Shown in pieces: positions 13,801-24,708 of a stretch of 64,000 bases of DNA. Under the pieces are notes generated by a model, which was not told the origin of the DNA, ran no database searches, and saw only the letters and a list, made by a program, of their open reading frames with translations. Each line of letters opens with the position of its first letter. The stretch's first letter is position 1. The position numbers and the translations under genes were made by a program. The DNA is from Scenedesmus sp. PABB004 (lineage: Eukaryota), in the NCBI GenBank assembly GCA_014905635.1, contig JABVCE010000002.1, positions 930,001 through 994,000 of the forward strand, given 5' to 3'.

Positions 13801-14836
13801 GCAGCGGCAGCAGTCGTCGTCGGGCGCCGGCGCCGCAGGCAGCGCGGGCAGCGCGCCGCCCTGGCCGCTCATGGGCCCGCCGCCGGGCGGGCTTCCGCCG
13901 GGCTTCGACCCCGGCGCGGCGGCCGCGGCGGCCGCGGCGGCGGCGGCTGCCGCGGCGGGCATGGCGCCGGCCGACTACGTGCGGGCAATGATGGGCCTGC
14001 CGGTGGAGGACAGCGAGGACGAGGCGAGCGAGGCGGAGGAGGAGGACGAGGAGGTGACGCGCCTCGCGGCGCGCGGGCGCGACGCGCACGGCGGCCCGCC
14101 GTCGTCGTCGGCGTCGCCCGTGGCCTCACTGCCACCCCTGGAGCACGGCAGCGGTGGCGCGGCGCCCGCGGCGGCGCAGCCGGCGGCGGCAGAGCTGTCG
14201 TCTGAGGAGCCTGCGTTTGAGGAGCCGGCGTCGGACGAGCCGGCGGCCGCGTCGGACGAGCCGGCGGCGGCGTCGGAGGAGCCGGCGGCAGATGAGCCGG
14301 CGCCGGCGCCGGGGGAGCCAACGGCAGAGCCAGCGGCTGCGCAGGAGCCGGCGCCGGCAGCGGACGAGCCGATGGCAGAGCCAGCAGCGGGGGAGCCGGC
14401 GGCAGAGCCAGCAGCAGCGGAGGCGCCGGCAGCAGCAGCTGACGGCGCCGCCGACGCGCCGCCGCAGCCGGCGGGGGGCGGGGCAGCAGCAGGCGGCGCG
14501 GCGCCGGCAGAGGCGGCGGCGCCCACGGCGCCGGACGAGGCGCCCGCGGCGGGGCTGCCCGCCGCCGGCGTCGAGCCGCCGGCGGCGGCGCCGCCGCCGC
14601 CCGTGGCGCGCACGGCCGCGTTCCCCGTGGCCGCGCCGGCCGCGTACGCGCAGCGCGCGCTGGCGCTGGCCGGCTCGCCGCTCGGGCAGGAGCTCGACGG
14701 CTGGGCGGGCAGCCCGGGGCTGGGCGTGCCCGCCGCGTCGGGCGACGCCGCGTTTGTGGATAGCGAGCTGGCGGACGCGCTCGCGGGGCCGGACCTCGAC
14801 ATGGCTGACGCGCTGCAGCTGCCGGAGCTCCCCTGA
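8962..14836 (+). CDS. AP2/ERF-domain transcription factor with an N-terminal Cys-rich and Tudor-like region, an AT-hook-like motif and long low-complexity tracts (three apparent 1-nt deletions in the assembly)
   Basis: AP2 domain TSRFR|GVSWNKRTLKWQVTLYARGRYRYFGSYTNQEEAACAYDRAALVWKGPSAQLNFP, split by GC-AG intron 10793-10920. KRKPGRPPK near 11748. NLS-like KKKRKRK. Poly-Q tracts. TGA at 14834-14836. Confidence 0.85.
10146..10248 (+). repeat. (CAG)n/GAG microsatellite encoding poly-Q
   Basis: Directly visible CAG run inside the AP2 gene. Confidence 0.95.
13748..13813 (+). repeat. (CAG)n microsatellite
   Basis: Directly visible CAG run inside the AP2 gene. Confidence 0.95.
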
Positions 14837-14884
14837 CCGGCAGCGCGGCGCGTCGGCGCGCGCGGGCGGGGGCGCAGGGTGTTC

Positions 14885-14907
14885 GGGGGGGGGGGGGGGG
14901 GGGGGGT
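14885..14907 (+). repeat. Poly-G tract in 3' UTR
   Basis: Run of more than 20 G downstream of the AP2 stop codon. Confidence 0.9.
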
Positions 14908-15326
14908 ACAGACGGGGGGCGACGGAGCGCAGCAGCACTGTTCCTATTGCGGCGGCGGCGCGTTTGCGCCGCTGGCGGCTCGAGCGGCGTTGCCGGGTGT
15001 GGCACACGTGCGCCGCGCGCGGTGTGCGGCTCGCTTGCGCAGGTGTGTGTCGCGCGGCGGCGGCCCATGGTGTGTAGCAGTCAAGTTGCCCGCCGCCCGC
15101 CGTGCCGGCCCGCCCGACCAGCCGACCAGGCCGCCGTCGATCAGTGAATCCTCGACGCGTCCGAGGGGTCTAAAACACGCGGGCCCGGACCCGACGGGAA
15201 AGCAATGGGTCAGGAATGTACAGGGTCATCACATGCTGCCGCCGCGCTGCCGGCGCGCGCCCGACGCGCCCGCGGCAGCAGCGCGCCGCCCGCCCGCTGC
15301 GCTGCGCGCCCGCGGGCGGCGGGCGC

Positions 15327-15924
15327 TCACTGGCTCGCGCGGCGCGGCCCCGCGGCGGCGAGCTCGCGCAGCTGTCCGAGCGCCTGCACGCCCTGGTTGT
15401 ACGCGCCGAGCGCGACGAGCCCGAGCACCGCGGCAAACACGAGCAGCACGAGGACCTTCTCCTCGTAGTCCAGCATGTTGATGCCGCACACGTGCTCCAT
15501 CCACCACAGCACGTCGCGCACGTGCCTGCGCCGGCGGGACCGGGGGTCGGGGTTCGAGCGCGGCGGGGGCGCGAGACCGTGCGCCGCGCCGGCGGCGGTT
15601 GCGCCACGCCCCCTGCAGCGCCCGGCCCGCGCGCGCACGTGAGCAGCGCGTGCCCCAGGCCTCTGGGTTGCTGCCAGGCCTTGCGGTATTCGTCGAGCAT
15701 CGCGCGGTCGCGCGCGAGCTGCTCCTCCTGCGCCCGCGCGTACTCTGCGGCGGCGCGCGGCGTGCGCGCCGCGCGGCGTCAGGCTCTGCGCTGGGCGCGG
15801 CGCGGCCGCCCGCCAGCGCCGGCGCGCGGGGGGCGCCACCTGCGATGGTCCCGCCGCTCGCGGGCTGCTGCTGCTGCTGCTGCGCCCGGCGCTGCGAGCT
15901 GCTGCTGCCCCGCGTGACCGCCAT
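15327..15924 (-). CDS. Small membrane protein, serine palmitoyltransferase small subunit (ssSPT)-like, 3 exons
   Basis: Spliced product MAVTRG...MLDEYRKAWQQPRGLGHALLT|HVRDVLWWMEHVCGINMLDYEEKVLVLLVFAAVLGLVALGAY. G-x-x-MLD-x-x-E followed by a TM helix resembles the ssSPT GLYMLDxWER motif. Confidence 0.55.
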
Positions 15925-16233
15925 GGCGGCTCACGGGGCCCCCGCGCCAGCAGCCCGAGCCGCGGGCGCCGGCGGCGGCCTGGCGCAGCAAGGCGGGGCG
16001 GCCCGGAGCGATGGCGAGCTGTGGCGGAGGGCAGCGGCGCGCAGGGAGGGAGGCGCGTGCGGTCTGCAGCTCAGGGCGGTCAGGGTCTGCCACGAGGACG
16101 GGAGACTGGGCGCGGCAGGGCCGGCGGCGGCGGCGGCGCGCGCTGCTGCGGCGCAGGCAGCGCAATGCCCTGGCGACGGCGGCCGGCGGCGCAGAGCGGC
16201 GTTGCCGTCCTCCCGCCCGCTCCGCCGCGCTCG

Positions 16234-18382
16234 TCAGCCGAACAGCCGCGGCGCCGCGTCCGCCGCGAGCGCGCGGCACACGCCGTCGGCGTCGGTCGGC
16301 AGCGCGTCGGGCGGCAGCGGCACGTCGGGGGTGATGCCGACCTTGTTGATGTCCATGCCCGCGGGCGTCTGGTACCGCGCGACCGTGACCGCGACGCCGC
16401 TGCCGTCGCTGAGGTCGACGACCGTCTGGATCAGGCCCTTGCCAAACGTGCGCTCACCCGCGATGACGCCGCGCCGGCTGTCCTTCAGCGCGCCCGCGAG
16501 CACCTGCACAGCGCGCCGGCGGCGGCGCGGCGGCGCCGCGCTCGACGGCCGCAGCGGCGCGCGCGCGCGTGCGAGCACGGCGCGGCGCGGCGCGGCGCGG
16601 CGCGGCGCGGCGCGGCGGCGGCGGCGCGCCGCGCGCGCCTCGGACGCGCTGGCCGTGCCCCGGTTGACCAGCACGACGAGCGGCGTGGCGCTGTCGATGG
16701 AGTTGCCGTCGGCGCTGTAGATGTCGCGCACGCCCGCCGCGTCGGCGATGAGCACGAGGTCCCCGCGGTCGACCAGCATGCGCGCGACGTTCACGCCTGC
16801 GCCGCGGCGGCGGCGGTGGCGGCGCAGATGGTTCGGCGCAGAACGGGGCGCGTCGCGCCATCACCCCCGCGGCGCGCAGGGGCGGCGCGCGGTGCGGGCA
16901 GCGGCGCGCACCCGCTGGGAAGAGGCCGCCGCCGTTGTTGCGGATGTCGAGCACCAGCCCCGCCACGCCCGCCTTGTCCAGCGCCGCGAGCGCCTCCTGC
17001 GCGGCCGCGGTGGTGTTGGAGTTGAACGTCGCCAGACGCAGGTAGCCGAGCTTGCCGGGCGCCGCCGCGCCTGCGCGGCGATGCGGGCGTGGGCGGAGGG
17101 GGCGGCGCGGGCGGCGGCGCGCGGCGGCGGCGGCGAGCCCGGCGCCCGGCCCGCGCGGCGCGCGCACCCGGCGGCAGCACGGCGGGCGCGACGCCGGTGC
17201 AGGTGGCAAAGGTCACGGGGTTTATCGACACGCGCTGGCGCACGAGCTCGAGCGTCCGCGACGCGCCGGGCGCGCCCGGCGCGTGCAGCACGAGCCGCAC
17301 GGTCGAGTCTGCCGCGCCCTGCAGCAGGTCCGACGCGTCATAGAGGGACAGGCCGCGCGTGGGCGTGCCGTCCACGGAGACGAGCACGTCGCCCGCGCGC
17401 ACGCCCGCGCGGTCGGCGGGGCCGCCGGGGCTGGGCGTCTGCACCACGATGTCGTCGCCGGCGCCGCCGCCGTACGTGATCTCCAGCCCCACGCCCGTCA
17501 CCGAGCCTGGCGCGCCGCGCGGCGGCGAGCGCGGGCGGGGCGGGCCGGCCGGGGCGGGCGTCGGCGGCTGCGGCGGCGCGGCCCGCACGGCGCGCGGCCC
17601 CCTGCCCGCCAGCCGCGCCGTGCCGCGCTCAGCCGCGCGCCGCACCTGCGGTGCCCCGGCGCAGCGCCGCGAGGCGGCTGGGCTCGAGGAAGCGCGTGAA
17701 GGGGTCGTCCAGGCTGGACAGCAGCTTGCGGATCGCGTCGTACGTCTGCGCCCGGCTGGCCATGGGCTCCTTCTTCAGGTAGCTCTCACGCAGCTGCGGC
17801 GCACCGGCGGGGGGCCGCGCGTGGGCGGCGGCCGGCCGGCCGCCGCTTCGGCGCTGCGCTGCGCTTGGCGGCGCGGTGCGGTGCGGCGCGGCGGCGGCGA
17901 CAGCGGCGCGCGCCTTGAACCAGCTCTGCCCGTTGAACGTCTTGTCGACGTACGCGCGGTCCACCGCGCGCCACGCCTCCAGGAAGAGCAGCTGCTCGCT
18001 CGTCACCGCGCGCGTTGGCGGCGCGCAGGGGCCCAGCGCGACCGCCGCGGCGGCGCCCGCCGCCGCCAGGCCCAGGCCGACCTGCTGCCACAAGCTGCCC
18101 CGCTCCTGCTGCCGCTCCTGCTGCTGCTGCCCCTGCAGCAGCTGCTCCCGGCGTTGCGGCGGCGCCGCGGCTGCGCCGCGCCTGCGCGCCGGCCGCAGCG
18201 TCGGCAGCAGCGGTGTGTGGCCGGCGCGCGGGGCGGCGGCCGGCGCCGGGCGGGCAGCACTGGCGCCCGCCGCACCGTGCGCTCCCCGTCGTCGTGCCGG
18301 CCGGCCGGTCCCGGCTGCTGAAGGGCCTGAAGGCCGCGCGCGCGGCGCGCGGCGGCGGGCCGCAGCGTGTGCGCTGCTGCAT
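16234..18382 (-). CDS. ctpA: Photosystem II D1 C-terminal processing protease (peptidase S41, PDZ domain), thylakoid lumen
   Basis: Bipartite-type presequence ending ...PPTRA. Motifs QLLFLEAWRAVDRAYVDKTFNGQSW, LDDPFTRFLEP, GYLRLATFN, LDIRNNGGG, LVNRGTASASE (catalytic Ser) and GERTFGKGLIQ (catalytic Lys). Confidence 0.95.
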
Positions 18383-18668
18383 GGCTGCGGCGCGCCCCAG
18401 GCGCGGGCGGTCAAAGACGGGTCACGAGCGAGCGGCCAAAGACGTCGAGCTGACGCGCACGACGAGCAAGCCGGCCGCGAGGGCTCAGCGCGGGCCCGGA
18501 GCGCTGCACCGCCGGCGCCGCCGCCGCGGCAACTGGGGTCGACCCTCTCGCGCCGCTTCGACCCGAGCGATCGCCCGATCCACCACGCAGAGCGTCGCAG
18601 GCGCAGCTCGGCAGCGGCGCGCGCGCGCGTCCAGCGCTCGCCGCCGCCGGCGCGCAACGGCGGCAAGC

Positions 18669-20160
18669 ATGGACCTCGACAGCGAGGTCACCGCCGACAT
18701 GGAGGAACAGCTGGAGGGGCTGGAAGGGCTGGAAGACACGGAGGATGAGATGGGCGGCGACGCGCAGCAGCAGCAGCAGCAGCAGCAGCGGCAGCCCGCC
18801 GCGCGCGACTCCGAGCCCGGCAGCACGGCGGACGCCGACGACAGCCGGCGGTGAGCGTGGGCGCTCCGCGGGGCGGGGACCGGGGGCGGCGGCGGCCGCG
18901 GGCCCCGCAGCAGCGGCCGCAGCGGCAGCAACCGCCGCGCCGCGCCGCGCCCCGCAGGTCGCGCGGCGCCTCGCCCGACGTGAGCAGCGACGGCGGGCTG
19001 GATGACTTGCGCCTGACGGCGCGGCAGCGCGCGCGCATGGAGAAGCAGCAGGGCCTCGCGGACGACGTGCAGTGGCACGAGATGGGTCTGCCTGCGGAGC
19101 TGGCCTACACGTACCGCGGCCGCGGTGCGGCCGCCCGCGCCGCCTGCTGCGCCGCGGCGCGGCGCGCCCAGGCGGCGCGGGGCGGCGCGCCCTGCCGCCC
19201 GCCCCCCGCCCGCGGCGCGGCGCGCCGAGGCCTCGCGGCGCCGCGGCGCTGCTCTGCGCGCAGACAAGAAGGCGGCGAGCCAGCTGACCGAGGAGGAGTG
19301 GCTGAAGCGACAGGAGGCCGCCGAGCGGCGCCGCCTGCGCATCCTGCGGGACAAGCGGGAAGCCGAGGAGACGGTCAAGGCAAAGATCCGCAAGGCTGTG
19401 ACCGTCAAGTTCCGGGGCAAGCTCGGCGAGGGCGCGGGCTCGGCCACCGAGGGCGAGCCGGGGCGCGCGGAGCAGGTGCGGCATCGGCGCACGGCAGCGG
19501 TGGCGGCGGCGGCGCCCGCAGCCGGGGCGGGCCGGCCTCAGCTGCTGCTGCTGCTGCTGCTGCTGCCGTCGCAGGCGCCGCTGCGGCCAGGCTGGGCCCG
19601 CGTGCGGCAGCACGCGGGGGGCGCGACCATCGCGTGGCACGCGGGCGCGCACCCGCTGTCCTTCCCCATGGCTGTGCAGGCCGGCGCCGGCCCGCCCGAC
19701 CCCGTGGGTGCGTGCGCGGCGGCAGCGTCGGCGCGGCCGCGGCGCATGCCCCTGCCCCCGCGCCGACCGGCCCGCCGCGCGCCGCCGGCCGCGCGCAGAG
19801 CTGTCGCTGCAGCCCCCGGACGGCGGCGGCGGGCCGTGGGCCGTGCCGGAGCTGAGCCGTGGCAGCTTTGCGCTCGGCTGCGCGCTGGCGCTGCAGCAGC
19901 AGCCGTCCGGCGAGCAGCTGCGCTGCGTTGACGGCAGCGGCTGGGCGGTCGGCTGCCTGCAGCTGGCAGACGTGCTGTCTGCGCTCGCGGACGCGGGGCA
20001 CGGCGGCGACGACGCGGCGGCGCTGCAGCAGCAGCTCGCGGCCGGCTGCTGGCGCGCGGTCGTGCGCAGCATACGGCGGGGCGCGGGCGCGCCGCCGGAG
20101 CAGCTGGGCGGCGTCGTGGTGCGGCTGGTGCCGTCGGCGCTAGGACGGGGGCCTGGGTGA
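18669..20160 (+). CDS. INO80 complex subunit B / Ies2 (PAPA-1 domain)-like protein
   Basis: Acidic N-terminus. LTARQRA motif, then LTEEEWLKRQEAAERRRLRILRDKREAEETVKAKI and PGWARVRQHAGGATIAW, matching PAPA-1 family architecture. The 3' exon structure is less certain. Confidence 0.7.
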
Positions 20161-20511
20161 GGTCAGCCCGGAGCTCCTGGGCAGTTCGGCGCCCCGGTGC
20201 GGCGCGCGGCGACGGGGCTGGCAGCGCGGGGCAGCCGACCAGTCGGCGCGGCGGCCGGGCGAGCGGCGCCGGCGCGAGGTCTCTGTGCGCGCGGCGCTGC
20301 CCCCGTGCGTGCCGCTGTGGTGTGCTGTGACTGCAGCGCCCCTGCCCCGCCCGGCCCAGCACGCCAGCACGCGCCACGCAGCCGGCAGCAGCGGCGGCAG
20401 CAGCGGCAGCAGCGGTCGCGCGGCGCGCCGCGTGCCGCCCGGCGCCATGGCGCTCCCGACGCGGGCAGAACTCGACGGGCTCGCAGGGCCCGTCGGCGAG
20501 CTCGCGCGCTG

Positions 20512-20533
20512 CCGGCGCGGGGCGCGGCTGAAC
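20512..20533 (+). repeat. Left direct repeat (TSD-like) CCGGCGCGGGGCGCGGCTGAAC
   Basis: Matches 21367-21387 apart from one G. Confidence 0.85.
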
Positions 20534-20535
20534 GT

Positions 20536-21365
20536 CGGTGCGGCAGGGGCGGGGGGTGCGCGGGCGCGCAGCCAGCTGCGCCGCCGGCAGGGCCAGCCGC
20601 GCGACAGGGCTGGCCCACCGCCGCCGCGTCGTCGCTGCCAGGTTTTGTCGCTGAGCGACGCCCAGCTGTCGCGGCCGCTGGTCACCTGCTCGACCGGCAA
20701 CCACGCGCTCGCGTTCATGCACGCCTGCACCGTCAGCGCCGCCGCGGCCGCGGCGGACAGCACGATCTACCTGCCCACCACGGCCAGCGAGGCAAAGGTG
20801 TCCAAGCTGCGGCGGCTCGGCGCCCGCGTCGTGCAGCACGGGGCCGACTGCGTTCTGGCGGAGGCCGAGGCGCGGCGCGTGGCGGCCGAGGCGGGCGGGA
20901 CGTACGTGAGCCCGTACAACGACTGGGAGGTCATGGCGGGCCAGGGCGGCGTCGCGGTGGAGCTGCTGCAGCAGCTGCGGGGGCGGCGCCTGGACGTGGC
21001 CATCGTGCCGGTCGGCGGCGGCGGGCTCATCGGCGGCGTCGCGGCGGTGCTCAAGGCGGCCGCGCCGGGCTGCCTGGTGGTGGGCGCGCAGCCGGCGGCC
21101 AGCGACGTCATGGCGCGCTGCGTCGCGGCGGGGCGCATCCTGGACGACGCGCCGGACAGTGACACGCTGTCGGACGCCACCGCGGGTGCGGCGCACGCGC
21201 GCGCTCGCTGGCGCGGCAGCCGGGCGCGCGCGGAGAGCGTGCGCCGAGCCGGCGCCCGCCCGTGCCGCCCGCGCAGGCGGCATCGAGCAGGGCGCGATCA
21301 CGCTGCAGCCGTGCGTCGCGCACGTGGACCGCTGGGTGAGCGTGAGCGAGCAGGACATCGCGGAC
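20536..21365 (+). pseudogene. Truncated, partly intron-less duplicate of the Ser/Thr dehydratase gene
   Basis: Near-identical to 23588-24516 but lacks intron 23867-23946, exon 1 (SFKARG, the PLP lysine) and the C-terminus. Flanked by direct repeats at 20512-20533 and 21367-21387. Confidence 0.9.
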
Positions 21366-21366
21366 C

Positions 21367-21387
21367 CCGGCGCGGGGCGCGCTGAAC
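21367..21387 (+). repeat. Right direct repeat (TSD-like) CCGGCGCGGGGCGCGCTGAAC
   Basis: Starts 1 nt after homology to the parent gene ends. Confidence 0.85.
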
Positions 21388-22129
21388 CCGCAGCTCGAAT
21401 TGGCGCGAACGGGGCCGCAAGCCCTGCGCAGCCGCCGCAGTCTCCGCCTGGCTCCCCAGAGCACCCGCCAGCGCAGCGCCGGCGCCCCCGGCTGCCCCCG
21501 GACGCCCGCGCCGCCGCCGCCCGCCGGCCGCCGCCGCGCGGCGCCCGCGATCGAACCGCGCGTCGCCGCCGAGGTCCAGGGCCGCAGCCCGCGCCGCGGT
21601 GAGTCGCTGGGGCGGGCGGCCGGGCGGGCCGGGGGCCCGCGCCTGCCGCCGCGCGCCGCGCCGCCGGCGACAGCGCGCGCGAGCAGCGCGCGCGCGTCGA
21701 GCTCCCCGCGCGCCTGGCCCGCCCGCCCCGGCGCACGCGCTGTGCGGCCAGCGGCGGGCGGCGGCCTGCCGCTCAGGCGCCGCGCCGGCGTGCCGGCGCG
21801 ACGCCGCGCCGCTGCTGTGCGCACGCGGCTATGCTTGCGCACCTACGCCGCCCACCGCCGCCCGCCGCCGCCTGTGAGCCTGTGCCAGAGAACTGCGCGC
21901 GCTCGCCCGGGTGCGGCGCCGCGCCGGCCTGGCCTGGCAGGGCGGGCGGAGAGGGCGCCGCGGCAGGCCGGGCGCGCGCAGCAGCTCCCCGCGCGCGTGA
22001 GCGCGCTGGCAGCAGCGCCCGGCACGGCCGGCAGCGGGCGGCGGCCCGGCGCTCACGCGCCTCGCCGCGCCCCGTGCCGCCCCGTGCCGCCTCAAGGTGC
22101 CGCCGCGCAGGTGACCTCACGGGCGCGCG

Positions 22130-23027
22130 ATGGGTGAGGTCTTCGACGCCGCCGCCGCCGACGATGCGTTCGTCCTGGAGTGCTTCGGCGAGATGTACGA
22201 CAAGCTGCCAAACAAGCCGCCCGGCCCCAGGCCCGACACGATCGACGGGCTCGTGCGGTCGGTCATGAACGTCACGGCACAGTGCGGCTGCACAGCAACG
22301 CGGGCGGGCAGGCGCAGCAGCGGGGCGTGCGCCGAGCGCCGCACACTCTGCGCCGCGCGCGCGCTGCGCGAGGGGCTCTCTTCCCCTCCACCCACCCACC
22401 CACCCACCCTGCTCCACCCATGCCGCCCGCCGCCCCCCCCCCTCCCCCTCTCCCCTCCCGCCGCCGCCGCCGCCGCCCCGCGCCCCAGCCGCGCGCCGCC
22501 GGAGGCCGCCAAGGGCACCTTCACCGCCGCCACCGACAACAACAACGGCGGCCTGCTCGTCAACTTTGCCAAGTGGGACATGCACGTCGGCGTGCAGACC
22601 TTCAACACGCAGGCCGACGCGGACAAGGCCGCCGCCGCCGGCCACAAGGCCATGACGGCCAAGATCGGCGAGCTCTTCAAGGGCCGCGAGCGTGAGTGCG
22701 CCGGCCGCGCGGGGACGGGACGCCCCAGGGCGAGCGAGGGGCGGCCGGGGCGGCGGCGCCGCCGGCCAGCCGCGCGGCGCGCACTGCCCCCCCCACCCCC
22801 GACCGCGCCTCTGGAGCTGCGCGGGGCACGCGCCGACGCTGCCCGCGCCGCGGCTTGGCGCGGCCGAGCATCGGGCGCGGCCCTGCCTCGACTGCTCGCC
22901 GCCGCCCGCGGCGCTGCCCGCCGCCTTGCCCCGCCACCGCCCCGCAGTGTCGCTGGCAGAGAAGGAGGACGCGCTGGCCGCGGCCCGGACGGCCGCGCTG
23001 GCCGTGCTCAAAGCCATCATCAAGTGA
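22130..23027 (+). CDS. Small protein of unknown function (3 coding exons, probable 5' UTR intron 21599-22110)
   Basis: MGEVFDAAAADDAFVLECFGEMYDKLP...NVTAH|RAPPEAAKGTFTAATDNNNGGLLVNFAKWDMHVGVQTFNT...|VSLAEKEDALAAARTAALAVLKAIIK*. Typical codon bias, canonical splice sites and a downstream TGTAA. Confidence 0.75.
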
Positions 23028-23091
23028 GCGCGCACGACTGACGTGCCGCGGCGGGCGGCGGCGGGCCGCAGAACCCTGGGCCCCGGCCATT

Positions 23092-23096
23092 TGTAA
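23092..23096 (+). terminator. TGTAA polyadenylation signal
   Basis: Chlorophyte consensus poly(A) signal 65 nt after the stop at 23027. Confidence 0.65.
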
Positions 23097-23327
23097 CCGG
23101 CCCTCTGACATGTGGCAGCTCCGGGGCACGGCCATAGCTCGCAGCCTCCCAGCTCGTGTGGCGGCCAAGCGAGAGGAGAGCAGCGGCGCGCTCGCTCCCG
23201 AGTCGAACGCGCGGCGGTGTTTGCTCTCAGCCACTTCATGCGCACAGCTGCTCGCGGGTCAGGCGATCTATCGGCCTTGAGCTGCTTTGCTCGCGGGAGG
23301 CTGTCGAGCCTACGCAGGGGCGCGGCG

Positions 23328-24708
23328 ATGAGCGCCGGCGCCGCTGCTGCCGGCGGCGGCGAGCCCGCGCAGCCCCGGGGGCTGCAGCTGGTCGCGCCCA
23401 ACGAGCTGGCCCGCGCTGCTGTCGCCGCCCACGAGCGCTGCGCGCGGCACGGCGTTCGGCGCACGCCGCTGCTCGAGGCCGCGTGGCTGTCCGCGGTCGG
23501 TGGCGGCGGGTGCGAGGCGCTGCTCAAGCTCGAGAGCGAGCAGCACACCAACTCGTTCAAGGCGCGCGGCGCGGTCAACAAGGTGCGCGGTGCGGCAGGG
23601 GCGGGGGGTGCGCGGGCGCGCAGCCAGCTGCGCCGCCGGCAGGACCAGCCGCGCGACAGAGCTGGCCGCGTGACAGGGCTAGCCCGCCGCCGCCGCGTCG
23701 TCGCCGCCAGGTTTTGTCGCTGAGCGACGCCCAGCTGTCGCGGCCGCTGGTCACCTGCTCGACCGGCAACCACGCGCTCGCGTTCATGCACGCCTGCACC
23801 GTCAGCGCCGCCGCGGCCGCGGCGGACAGCACGATCTACCTGCCCACCACGGCCAGCGAGGCCAAGGCGCGGCGCGCGCACGGCGCGGCGTGCCCGCCGC
23901 CTCGGTGGCGCGGCGCCGAGCCGGCGCCGCCGCGGCCCTCCCTCAGGTGTCCAAGCTGCGGCGGCTCGGCGCCCGCGTCGTGCAGCACGGGGCCGACTGC
24001 GTTCTGGCGGAGGCCGAGGCGCGGCGCGTGGCGGCCGAGGCGGGCGGGACGTACGTGAGCCCGTACAACGACTGGGAGGTCATGGCGGGCCAGGGCGGCG
24101 TCGCGGTGGAGCTGCTGCAGCAGCTGCGGGGGCGGCGCCTGGACGTGGCCATCGTGCCGGTCGGCGGCGGCGGGCTCATCGGCGGCGTCGCGGCGGTGCT
24201 CAAGGCGGCCGCGCCGGGCTGCCTGGTGGTGGGCGCGCAGCCGGCGGCCAGCGACGTCATGGCGCGCTGCGTCGCGGCGGGGCGCATCCTGGACGACGCG
24301 CCGGTCAGTGACACGCTGTCGGACGCCACCGCGGGTGCGGCGCACGCGCGCGCGCTCGCTGGCGCGGCAGCCGGGCGCGCGCGGAGAGCGTGCGCCGAGC
24401 CGGCGCCCGCCCGTGCCGCCCGCGCAGGCGGCATCGAGCAGGGCGCGATCACGCTGCAGCCGTGCGTCGCGCACGTGGACCGCTGGGTGAGCGTGAGCGA
24501 GCAGGACATCGCGGACGCCATGCTGAGCCTGCTGCACCACGAGAGCAAGCTCGTGGAGGGGGCGGCCGGGTGCGCCCTGGCGGCGTTCAGGGCGCTGGCC
24601 GAGGCGGGCGAGCTGCACGGCAAGCGCGTGGCGGTGGTGTGCTGTGGCGGCAACGTGTCGCCCGCGGTGCTGGCGCGCGTGCTGGCGGAGGGCCGCGTGT
24701 GGGGCTGA
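23328..24708 (+). CDS. PLP-dependent serine/threonine dehydratase (fold type II, PALP family), 4 exons
   Basis: Motifs RTPLL, LKLESEQHTNSFKARGA (PLP Lys), CSTGNHA, SPYNDWEVMAGQG, VPVGGGGLIGG, TLSDATAG|GIEQGAIT, VEGAAG and VVCCGGNV. Confidence 0.92.

Noticed and set aside
21599..22132. Splice fusion of the dehydratase fragment to the downstream orphan gene
   Set aside because: Joining 21598 to 22111 is in frame with the ATG at 22130 but gives TGA immediately (22112-22114). There is no evidence for Sec recoding.
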